NCBI GenBank assembly: GCA_050294405.1
Contig: JBNKOC010000028.1
Span: forward strand, 1 to 64,000
Direction of reading: 5' to 3'
Source: Fibrobacteria bacterium
Lineage (GTDB): Bacteria; Fibrobacterota; Fibrobacteria; UBA11236; JADFYW01
DNA length: 64,000 nucleotides
Shown here piece after piece: positions 19,274 through 27,926 of this stretch. The position numbers were made by a program, and so were the translations under genes. The notes under the pieces are model-generated. The model saw nothing but the letters and a program-made list of their open reading frames with translations. It was not told the DNA's origin and ran no database searches. Each line of letters opens with the position of its first letter. The stretch's first letter is position 1.

Positions 19274-20302
19274 TTACTGGAGCATATCCCAGGAAATCAA
19301 AGAATCTTTGGAAATTTGAACTTTAGCTGTTTTCCCCAAAACATCCTTTAACTTTTTAGAGGGAATTCCGGTTCCTGGTCGTTTGGTCCAAACATTTTCT
19401 AAAGAAATTTTTTCACCTGGATTGATATCGCTAATGGAGACCACACTTCGATGGGCCCAGGCCCGAATGGGTTTCTCAAAATCATGTATCTTTTTCTCTT
19501 TTCCCATGGCAAGTTCCACGTTGCGAATCCCTTTTACCATTTCCTTAAGCTCAAAGGGGTCAATGGATACCGCTTGGTCAGGGCCCGGCTGGCGCTTATC
19601 CAATATAAAATGTTTTTCCACAATTTTGGAACCCAGGGTAACCGATGCAATTGTGGTATATATATCGGGAGTATGATCGGAATGCCCAATCACAAGGCCA
19701 TACCTTTCCATCATTTGTGGAATAACTCCAAGATTAATATCCTCATATTTTGCAGGGTACTCCGAAACACAATTCATCAGGGCAATATTCTTCTGTACTT
19801 CAAGCAGAGCCTTTACCGTTTCATCAATTTCTTCCCAGGTGGCCATTCCTGTGGATAGTATCATAGGTTTTCCCAATTTTGCAACTTCAACCAAACTGGG
19901 AATATCCGTTAATTCTCCACTACCTATTTTAAAAAGATTAAGCCCAATCCCTAGCATTTCTTTGGCTGCTTTCAAACTAAATGGCGTACACATATATGTG
20001 ATTTCTATTTTTTCACAATACTCCATAAGCTCTTTATGTTGCTCCAATGTGAGAGCATATTTTTTTAAAAAATCAAATAGAGGCATATTGAAATTGGAGG
20101 ACATGGGAACGCCTTCGCGAAGCATCTCTTCTTCGGGTAAATGGTGCTGAAATTTAATGGCGTCCGCTCCACAAATTTTCGCCTGGAGAGCCATTTCTTT
20201 GGCCGCTTCCAAACTACCTAAATGATTGTCGCATCCCTCAGCAATAATAAAGCAGGGATGATTTTGTCCAATGTTTATTCCAGCTATTTCAATAGCGCTC
20301 AT
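19274..20302 (-). CDS. neuB: Nonulosonic acid synthase (NeuB/SpsE family), second copy
   Basis: FIIAEGCDNHLG, IKFQ, KIGSGE, GHSDHT, VEKHF, SAF domain; likely start at MSAIEIAG. Confidence 0.9.
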   Translation of the reverse strand: MSAIEIAGINIGQNHPCFIIAEGCDNHLGSLEAAKEMALQAKICGADAIKFQHHLPEEEMLREGVPMSSNFNMPLFDFLKKYALTLEQHKELMEYCEKIEITYMCTPFSLKAAKEMLGIGLNLFKIGSGELTDIPSLVEVAKLGKPMILSTGMATWEEIDETVKALLEVQKNIALMNCVSEYPAKYEDINLGVIPQMMERYGLVIGHSDHTPDIYTTIASVTLGSKIVEKHFILDKRQPGPDQAVSIDPFELKEMVKGIRNVELAMGKEKKIHDFEKPIRAWAHRSVVSISDINPGEKISLENVWTKRPGTGIPSKKLKDVLGKTAKVQISKDSLISWDMLQ

Positions 20303-20303
20303 T

Positions 20304-21239
20304 TTATATATCCTTTTTTTCTCCGCAATACATGGCAACTCCCGGTTTTAAAACTCCCATGTTCACTGCCATTTTATCCCATTCCACCAATGTTCTAGCC
20401 ATTTCAATTTCTTTTACTTCCGTCTCCCCCCGAATTCCCCCAATGACTCTATGGGAAAATGAAAAACCCTTTTTTTCAGCTATTTTATTAAAAAAAATAC
20501 CCATGTTATTTAACATTTCCTCTACGCTGGAATCATTATCATGGGGGGATTGCATGGATTCCTTTTTGGTTCTGGCCGTTTTGTATTCCTCAACAATTTC
20601 TTCCAAAAAATTTGAGTTTAAATCAGGGACAGTTTCGAACCAACAACCGGTTTGTTCCATTAATTTTCGGATCAAGCCTATTATAGCCGCATCATTAACA
20701 TCAATCCAATCGCGCGCTGGTTCCACAAATAAAAGTCGTCCTTTTTGGTTTAAAAGAGAATGGACCTTGGAAAGTATTTTATTCTGATCTTCAAAATGAT
20801 GTAGAGCTTGATTAAAAACCACAGCATCAAATTTTTTTTCCGGCTCATAAGAAAAAATATCTTCACATAGATAATCAAGGCTTCCAAATTCCTTATTTTT
20901 AGGAAACATCCCCAGAGTTTTTTTTGCCACATCTATGCAACTTTTGGAAATTTCAAGACCCGTAACACTATGTCCATGCCTTGCAAGTTCCAGGGACATG
21001 TGTCCCGGGCCACAAGCTATTTCTAAAATGTTCTGGTTTCCAAAAGAAAGGTTATCCAAAAAAAAGCTTAAATATTCTCCAAAAATCATCTTAGCGTATT
21101 CAGGACGCCTCCAGGGGTTGTTGTAAAAGTAAGCGCAGAATTTGGTATTTCTAATGTCTGGAATATGTCCATTAGCAACTCTCTCTTCTATTTGAGAGTC
21201 AAAAGCCCTGGCCTCTTCAATAATGGATGCATCAGTCAT
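20304..21239 (-). CDS. Class I SAM-dependent methyltransferase
   Basis: ILEIACGPG motif I, VTGLEIS, FDAVVFNQALHH, LNQKGRLLFVEP. Confidence 0.88.
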   Translation of the reverse strand: MTDASIIEEARAFDSQIEERVANGHIPDIRNTKFCAYFYNNPWRRPEYAKMIFGEYLSFFLDNLSFGNQNILEIACGPGHMSLELARHGHSVTGLEISKSCIDVAKKTLGMFPKNKEFGSLDYLCEDIFSYEPEKKFDAVVFNQALHHFEDQNKILSKVHSLLNQKGRLLFVEPARDWIDVNDAAIIGLIRKLMEQTGCWFETVPDLNSNFLEEIVEEYKTARTKKESMQSPHDNDSSVEEMLNNMGIFFNKIAEKKGFSFSHRVIGGIRGETEVKEIEMARTLVEWDKMAVNMGVLKPGVAMYCGEKKDI

Positions 21240-21240
21240 G

Positions 21241-22311
21241 TTAACTATTCCCTAATCTGAATCTGGCCCATTCCAAATCAATATGGGTGTCTATATCTAA
21301 AAATGTTTCCCACTCGGTAATAAGAGGTCTTGCTATTTTCCCATACATGTTTTTATTGACCATCACAGAATTGATATTTATGCCATATACAAGCCCATTG
21401 GGAACGTAGCTTGGGTTTTGTTCGTTTCTCATTTTCCTGTTGTTCAGATCACCCCGGGTGACATAATTGTATAACTGGTGATTATCTATATAAAATTGCT
21501 CTTCGGGGTTAAATACATGGGGCACCTCTGAAATGCTAACTACACTGTCACAGGGCTCTGTTTCCAGAATTTGCAAACAGTCATATAGATGATTTACCCG
21601 TCTTAGGGGCGCAGTAGGTTCCAGCAAAAGTCCATAGGGGTAATTGATACCGTTTGATTTTGCCCACTCTAAAGCATGGAGCACCACATCCAGGGAAGAA
21701 GCTTTATCGCCAGCTAAATGGGCAGGCCGCAGCCAGGGAACATCTACCCCCAACGACCTGGCAACATCAGCAATGGCTTCGCTATCCGTTGAAACAATTA
21801 TTTTGCCTACCCTATTGCATTTTTGGGCGCATTCGATAGCTAATTGAACTAAGGGTTTATTTCCAATTTTAGCCAGGTTTTTATTGGGGATGCGTTTGGA
21901 ACCGCCCCGGGCCGGTATTATAGCAATTGCATTTTTTAATTCTTCAGATTCAAAAACATCGGGTTTTGCTTCCAAAGTTATATATTCATTAATGTCGCTG
22001 ATTAATATTTTTTCCAGGATGCCATGTTTATTTACGACCGGTACCCCAATTAACGATCGGGCATTCATTATGCTTTTGGCTTCCTCAACATCTCTTGCCT
22101 TGATTGGATCCAAATTAGAGATTTGATTTACCGGAGCTTCCAAAGAAATGCGCTGAGACATGGCGCGCCTTAAATCGCCATCGGTTAGCACGCCCAACAA
22201 CTTGTAACTTGAGGCGCAAACAAATAATATGCCCCGCTTGTTTTGGGTCATGCGGGCCAATGCCTCACGTACAGGGCATTCGGGAGGTACTGTAAATAAT
22301 TCAAATTCCAT
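21241..22311 (-). CDS. neuA: CBS-domain/CMP-nonulosonic acid synthetase fusion
   Basis: N-terminal CBS (LLGVLTDGDLRR), then IIPARGGSKRIPNKN, VSTDS, LLEPTAPLR, LDIDT. Confidence 0.88.
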   Translation of the reverse strand: MEFELFTVPPECPVREALARMTQNKRGILFVCASSYKLLGVLTDGDLRRAMSQRISLEAPVNQISNLDPIKARDVEEAKSIMNARSLIGVPVVNKHGILEKILISDINEYITLEAKPDVFESEELKNAIAIIPARGGSKRIPNKNLAKIGNKPLVQLAIECAQKCNRVGKIIVSTDSEAIADVARSLGVDVPWLRPAHLAGDKASSLDVVLHALEWAKSNGINYPYGLLLEPTAPLRRVNHLYDCLQILETEPCDSVVSISEVPHVFNPEEQFYIDNHQLYNYVTRGDLNNRKMRNEQNPSYVPNGLVYGININSVMVNKNMYGKIARPLITEWETFLDIDTHIDLEWARFRLGNS

Positions 22312-23465
22312 TAATATGCCATTTCTTTATTTAGTAGCCAGGGCGACACTTCAATGTTTTTTAATATTTCTGTTATTCGCTGGCTTGCATTGCCATCGCC
22401 ATAGGGATTGCTGCAATGTTTTGCAATGTTTTGAAATTCTTTGGACATAGCTTTTTTAAGTCCGGCCAAAATCTCAGCTTTGGAGTATCCCACGTTAATA
22501 ACATTTTCTGCCTGAGGCCTTCCAATTTGCCTGCGCCCTATGTTAACGGCTGCAGTTCCAAATGTTGGCGCTTCCATAACTCCCGAACTGGAGTTGCCCA
22601 CCATACATTGGGCCATTTTCATTATCCCCAGGTAATCGGCCCTGGGCATATTTCTATAAAATTTCATTTTGGGAGATTTCATACGGGAAAGCTGAGCCCT
22701 GATTAAATCGCTACCGGCATCGGCATTGGGATAAATAAATACTACCGGTAAATCTAGCTCAATTAATGCTTCCAGGGTTTGTACAATTTGTTGGCCAGCT
22801 TCTGTTTCTTCCTCGGTCACCGGATGCTGCACTGCTAATATAAGCGGCTCCTTTTCTTCCAGCCGATATTTATAGCGAAGGGTTTTTTCAGAGGTCACAA
22901 ACCCGCCCACCAGTTCATCCACCAAGGGAGCTCCCGTTAAAAATATTCGCTCTTTGTGCTCCCCCAATTTGGCGACTCGGTCATAAAACTCCTGGTTTGC
23001 TGCAAAGTGAATATGGGCCAATTTGGTAATGGCATGGCGAACTACTCCATCCACATTTCCCGATAATTCACCTGCCTGAATATGGGCCACAGGAATTCCC
23101 AAATGAAGGCCTGCCAGGGCGCCCACCAATTGCTCGCCCCTGTCTCCGGCCAAAAGGATAAAATCCGGGTTGACCCTGGTTAAAATAGTGGGCAATTCCA
23201 TCATCAAACTTCCTAAGGATTTGGCCATGGTTACGTTGTTGTAACCCGCATAGGTCATATAAACCCGTTCCTCTATTTTGAATCCGTCTAATTCCATTTC
23301 CTGGGCAGAAAGGCCAAATTCAGACAGTAAATGCATATTTGTGGCGCAAATCACATAATCCAAATCTTCATCTTTTTGGATTAGCTTTAAAATAGGCCGA
23401 ATATAGCCCCATTCGCCTCGGGAACCGGTAAGAAATAAAATTTTTCGCCTGTGGCCAGATTCCAT
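22311..23465 (-). CDS. neuC: Hydrolysing UDP-GlcNAc 2-epimerase, second copy
   Basis: TGSRGEWG, AGDRGE, HIQAGE, HPVT, GNSSSG, NPYGDG. Confidence 0.9.
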   Translation of the reverse strand: MESGHRRKILFLTGSRGEWGYIRPILKLIQKDEDLDYVICATNMHLLSEFGLSAQEMELDGFKIEERVYMTYAGYNNVTMAKSLGSLMMELPTILTRVNPDFILLAGDRGEQLVGALAGLHLGIPVAHIQAGELSGNVDGVVRHAITKLAHIHFAANQEFYDRVAKLGEHKERIFLTGAPLVDELVGGFVTSEKTLRYKYRLEEKEPLILAVQHPVTEEETEAGQQIVQTLEALIELDLPVVFIYPNADAGSDLIRAQLSRMKSPKMKFYRNMPRADYLGIMKMAQCMVGNSSSGVMEAPTFGTAAVNIGRRQIGRPQAENVINVGYSKAEILAGLKKAMSKEFQNIAKHCSNPYGDGNASQRITEILKNIEVSPWLLNKEMAY

Positions 23466-23534
23466 GTATTTTCAGTCCAGGTGATTCTTTTCCGTAGCCT
23501 TAAGCTACTGTGAAAATTTTAGAAATTTGAATTT

Positions 23535-24446
23535 TTAATTTCTTAAGGAATCATACACTGTCTGAAGACCCGATTTCAAATCTTTTTCGCATTTAAATCC
23601 CAAAAATTTTTCTGTATGGGCCATATTCGCCTTGCTGGCAGAGGCATCTCCGCTCAAGGCAGGTTTATGCTCCACTTTTCCACTGCCATGGATTTCAATA
23701 ATGGTTTCGGCCAGCTTTTTAACACTGGTTTCCACACCCGTACCCGCATTAAAAACACCACTTTCATTGCTTTGGGCCGCTGTTAAATAGCATTTCACCA
23801 TATCGGACACATGGATAAAGTCACGGGTTTGGAGCCCATCGCCGTTAATAAGCAAAGGCTCTTCTTTAAGAACTCTGTCTATAAATTTTGGAATCACGGC
23901 AGCGTACAAACTATCTACTCTTTGCCTGGGCCCGTAAATATTAAAGCAGCGAAGGGAACAGGCATTAAGACCTCTAAGCTTGTTAAATATATTTATGGAA
24001 TCTTCCCCAGCTTTTTTAGATAAAGCGTAGGGAGTTTCGCCAGCTGTTGCCATACTTTCTGACAAAGGACTTGTGGGATGTATGGGATATACCGCACAAG
24101 AGCTGGCAAATACCATTCTTCTATTGTTTTCTTTTAAACACTCCTGAATAATTTGCGCGGTTCCCGCCACATTTACTGAATAGCAATCTGCAGGGTCCAC
24201 AATAGATCGTTGCAGTTCTACTCTGGCGGCCAGATGAAATACCGCATCGCAGCCTTGCATGGCTTTTTCCACTGCCTTTGCATCACGAATATCGCCCTTG
24301 ATAAACTCGGCTTTATTTGGAATGTTCTCTTCAAATCCATTGGACAAATCATCGAGAATATTAACTTCAACGCCCATGTTAATTAAGGCATGGGATAAAT
24401 GATGTCCCACAAAACCTGCTCCACCCGTAACCAATGCTTTTTTCAT
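23535..24446 (-). CDS. NAD-dependent epimerase/dehydratase (extended SDR)
   Basis: VTGGAGFVG, ASSCAVY, YALSK, FNIYGPRQ, TRDFIHV. Confidence 0.9.
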   Translation of the reverse strand: MKKALVTGGAGFVGHHLSHALINMGVEVNILDDLSNGFEENIPNKAEFIKGDIRDAKAVEKAMQGCDAVFHLAARVELQRSIVDPADCYSVNVAGTAQIIQECLKENNRRMVFASSCAVYPIHPTSPLSESMATAGETPYALSKKAGEDSINIFNKLRGLNACSLRCFNIYGPRQRVDSLYAAVIPKFIDRVLKEEPLLINGDGLQTRDFIHVSDMVKCYLTAAQSNESGVFNAGTGVETSVKKLAETIIEIHGSGKVEHKPALSGDASASKANMAHTEKFLGFKCEKDLKSGLQTVYDSLRN

Positions 24447-24539
24447 AAAAACTCTTTTGTTTTTTGCAATTAAATTGAAACTATTTCATAAATTCTAAAT
24501 AGTATTTTTCAATTTATAATTTTATAATACAAGACAAAG

Positions 24540-25445
24540 ATGATTTCTATATCAAGCCATTTAAAACAGCTGGAAGCGGAATCCATATATATTTTTCGCG
24601 AGGTGGTTGCCGAATTTAAAAATCCGGTCATGCTTTACTCTGTGGGCAAAGACTCCAGTGTTATGGTACGCCTGGCTCAAAAAGCATTTTATCCCGGAAA
24701 ATTGCCTTTCCCATTAATGCATGTGGATACGGGCTATAAGTTTCCGGAAATGTATGATTTCAGAGATAAGTTTGTAAAATCCATTGACGCCAAATTAATA
24801 ATCGAGCGCAACGAAGAATGGATAAAAAAGGGTGCTCACCCTTCTAAATTAGGCTTGGACAAATGTTGCGGCTATTTAAAAACAGGCGCCCTTTTAAATG
24901 CCATTAAAAAACACGAATTTGATGCCGCCTTTGGGGGCGCACGCCGGGAAGAAGAAAAATCCCGGGCTAAAGAAAGGGTCTATTCGGTGCGCGATAACTT
25001 TGGCCAATGGGATCCCAAAAACCAGCGGCCCGAATTGTGGAACCTATACAACTCCCATATTAACGAGGGAGAATCCGTTCGGGTTTTTCCCTTAAGCAAC
25101 TGGACCGAAAGAGATATTTGGAATTACATCAAGCTGGAAAATATTCCCATTGTTCCCATATATTTTTCCCACTCTCGCAGGGTAGTCCGGCAAAAAGGAC
25201 TGTTAATCCCCGTAAATTCAGTGAATGAATCCCAATTTTCCCCCGAAGAAATCGAAACCGTAAACTGCCGTTTTCGCAGCTTAGGTTGCAGTCCCTGTAC
25301 CGGCGCCATTGAATCTAAAGCTAATAGTCTGGATGATATTATTGCCGATGTTACTGGTGCCCGGCGTTCCGAAAGAGAAAACAGAATTATTGACGGCACC
25401 AGCGATTCCTCCATGGAAGATAAAAAAAAGGAAGGGTATTTTTGA
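24540..25445 (+). CDS. cysD: Sulfate adenylyltransferase subunit 2
   Basis: HLKQLEAESIYIFREV, YSVGKDS, GGARREEEKSRAKER, WDPKNQRPELW, SMEDKKKEGYF. Confidence 0.96.
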   Translation: MISISSHLKQLEAESIYIFREVVAEFKNPVMLYSVGKDSSVMVRLAQKAFYPGKLPFPLMHVDTGYKFPEMYDFRDKFVKSIDAKLIIERNEEWIKKGAHPSKLGLDKCCGYLKTGALLNAIKKHEFDAAFGGARREEEKSRAKERVYSVRDNFGQWDPKNQRPELWNLYNSHINEGESVRVFPLSNWTERDIWNYIKLENIPIVPIYFSHSRRVVRQKGLLIPVNSVNESQFSPEEIETVNCRFRSLGCSPCTGAIESKANSLDDIIADVTGARRSERENRIIDGTSDSSMEDKKKEGYF

Positions 25446-25504
25446 AGGACGAGCAATGGGTTACCGTTTTCTATCTTACGCTAAGATCCCCCCAAGGCTA
25501 ATTC

Positions 25505-27409
25505 ATGACTATTCAGGAAACAAAAACCGAAACCATCCAAAAATCCCTTTTACGATTTACCACATCCGGAAATGTGGATGATGGTAAATCCACTCTACTG
25601 GGAAGACTACTTTATGAAACCCACTGCATTTTTGAAGATCAATACGCAGCCATAGAAAAAGCCTCCTCCAAAAGAGGGCAATCTACAGTTGATTTGTCTT
25701 TACTCTTGGATGGCCTGGCATCCGAAAGGGAGCAGGGTATTACCATTGATGTGGCCTATCGCTACTTTGAAACTTCAAAACGAAAATTTATTGTGGCCGA
25801 TTGCCCCGGTCACGAACAATACACGCGAAACATGGTTACGGGAGCCTCTAACGCTGAACTGGCTTTGGTGTTAATTGATGCCCGCAAGGGAATCCAGACT
25901 CAGAGTAAGCGACATGGTTTTATAGCTTCGCTGCTACGTATTCCCAATATGATTGTATGTGTGAACAAAATGGATTTAATGGATTGGGATAAGGATGTTT
26001 TTCAAAGCATTGTCAAAGAATACAAAGAATTTTCTCAAAAGCTGAACATCACCCATATAGACTTTGTTCCCATGTCTGCGCTATTGGGAGATAATGTGGT
26101 GGAAAAAAGCACGAACATGCCCTGGTATGAAGGCTCTACCCTGTTACATTATTTGGAAAACGTGCATCCCTCTTCCAGTTTAAATCTGGTGGATTTTCGC
26201 TTTCCTGTCCAAACTGTTATTCGTCCACACCTGGATTTTAGGGGCTATGCCGGAATGATAGCCTCGGGCACTATTATCCCAGGGGAAGAGGTGGCTGTAA
26301 TGCCATCTGGAAAAACTTCAAAAATTAAATCTATTGAAAGTTTTGAGAGCCCTTTAAAAGAAGCCAAAGCATCTGAATCTGTTATACTCACTTTAGAAGA
26401 TGAAATAGATATTAGCCGTGGAAACATGATTGTCCGCAAAAACAATTTGCCCAATGTTTCCCAAAATTTTGACGCCTTAATATGCTGGATGTCCGAAGAG
26501 GCTATGAAACCAGGCACCCAATACATTATAAAACACACCACAATGGAAACTAAGGGCTTTATATCGGATATCCATTATAAAATTGACGTGAATACCTTGC
26601 ATCGCTCCAAGGTTGATGTATTTGGCTTAAATGATATCGGGCGCGTGGAAATTAAATCCACCTTGCCCCTTGCTTTTGACACCTACAGAGTAAACCGCTC
26701 CACCGGAAGTTTTATTTTAATTGACCCTCTGAGCAATGCCACTGTAGCTGCGGGATGGATTCGGGGAAAAACCAGGGGGCTAGACGATTTAGGACGAGGC
26801 AAAATCCGCCAGGATGTATCCCATAACGTAAAATGGGAAGAGTTTAAAGTCGATAGAAGCCAACGGGAAATTCGAAATACCCACAAAGCTGGTGTGTTTT
26901 GGTTTACCGGCTATTCAGGTTCAGGTAAATCCACCATTGCTAAAAATTTGGAATCCATGTTATTTCAAAATGGCTACCAGGTTGTGGTATTAGATGGCGA
27001 TAACGTGCGTCATGGCCTTTGTGGCGACTTAGGCTTTTCTGATGCCCATCGCACAGAAAATATCCGTCGAGTGGGAGAAGTGGCCAAACTTTTTTACGAA
27101 ACAGGCCATATTGTTTTATGCACTTTTATTTCCCCTTTTATCCAGGATAGAGAATTTGCCAGAAAGCTAATTCCTGAAAATCAATTTTTTGAAGTATTTG
27201 TAAAATGTTCCCTGGATGTTTGTCAGCGAAGAGATCCGAAAGGCTTATACAAAAAAGCTTTGGCTGGAGAAATAAAGGAATTTACTGGAGTTAGTTCTGT
27301 GTATGAAGAGCCACAGCACCCCGAAATTATTGTGGAAACAGATATCCAGAGTCTGGATCAAATTCTGGAAAGTTTGCTGGCAAAAATAAATTCCAGCCTG
27401 AAAGTTTAA
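25505..27409 (+). CDS. cysNC: Bifunctional sulfate adenylyltransferase subunit 1 / APS kinase
   Basis: GNVDDGKSTL, EREQGITIDVAY, NKMD GTPase motifs; C-terminal WFTGYSGSGKST, LDGDNVRHGL, RDPKGLY. Confidence 0.95.
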   Translation: MTIQETKTETIQKSLLRFTTSGNVDDGKSTLLGRLLYETHCIFEDQYAAIEKASSKRGQSTVDLSLLLDGLASEREQGITIDVAYRYFETSKRKFIVADCPGHEQYTRNMVTGASNAELALVLIDARKGIQTQSKRHGFIASLLRIPNMIVCVNKMDLMDWDKDVFQSIVKEYKEFSQKLNITHIDFVPMSALLGDNVVEKSTNMPWYEGSTLLHYLENVHPSSSLNLVDFRFPVQTVIRPHLDFRGYAGMIASGTIIPGEEVAVMPSGKTSKIKSIESFESPLKEAKASESVILTLEDEIDISRGNMIVRKNNLPNVSQNFDALICWMSEEAMKPGTQYIIKHTTMETKGFISDIHYKIDVNTLHRSKVDVFGLNDIGRVEIKSTLPLAFDTYRVNRSTGSFILIDPLSNATVAAGWIRGKTRGLDDLGRGKIRQDVSHNVKWEEFKVDRSQREIRNTHKAGVFWFTGYSGSGKSTIAKNLESMLFQNGYQVVVLDGDNVRHGLCGDLGFSDAHRTENIRRVGEVAKLFYETGHIVLCTFISPFIQDREFARKLIPENQFFEVFVKCSLDVCQRRDPKGLYKKALAGEIKEFTGVSSVYEEPQHPEIIVETDIQSLDQILESLLAKINSSLKV

Positions 27410-27410
27410 G

Positions 27411-27926
27411 CTACTTTAAAAAAAACGATTTTAGCAGCAAAAATAAGGTTAAAAGCCATATGGGACTCATTAATATACCCATAAACAAAATGTTTTTAAT
27501 AAACATATTTTCCAACATGGCTTTATGGTGGTTTTGCGCCCGCTCAATTGTTTGAATTAAAAATTCGGTTTTAAGGGGAAGGTTTAAAATATCATAAGCT
27601 CCGCGACGCAAATGCTTAAAAGCCAGGCTATTTTCTTCTTTTTTGGCAGCAATTAAAATAACCGCATTTTTTTGCACCATTTTTATAAGCGCGAAAATTC
27701 TTTTAGAAAAACGACGTAAAACAGGAATATCTAATATAATGATGGATTGTTTATGGGCACGAAATTGGCGCACCCCTTCTAGTCTGTCCTTAAAGTCTTC
27801 CACAAAATAGCCATAGCCAGACAAAAGAGTTACCAAGTCGCTTCGCAAATCGTCATTTTCACTAATGACCAATACTCTGTGGCGATTAAGCACGAACCCT
27901 TCCTTTGTGCTTAGCTTCAACTTCAA
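27411..27926 (-). CDS. Atypical receiver-domain protein with C-terminal membrane anchor
   Basis: RVLVISEN..GYFV..IIILD..GAYDILNLP receiver pattern followed by a hydrophobic tail ILFMGILMSPIWLLTLFLLL. Confidence 0.7.
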   Translation of the reverse strand: MKLKLSTKEGFVLNRHRVLVISENDDLRSDLVTLLSGYGYFVEDFKDRLEGVRQFRAHKQSIIILDIPVLRRFSKRIFALIKMVQKNAVILIAAKKEENSLAFKHLRRGAYDILNLPLKTEFLIQTIERAQNHHKAMLENMFIKNILFMGILMSPIWLLTLFLLLKSFFLK

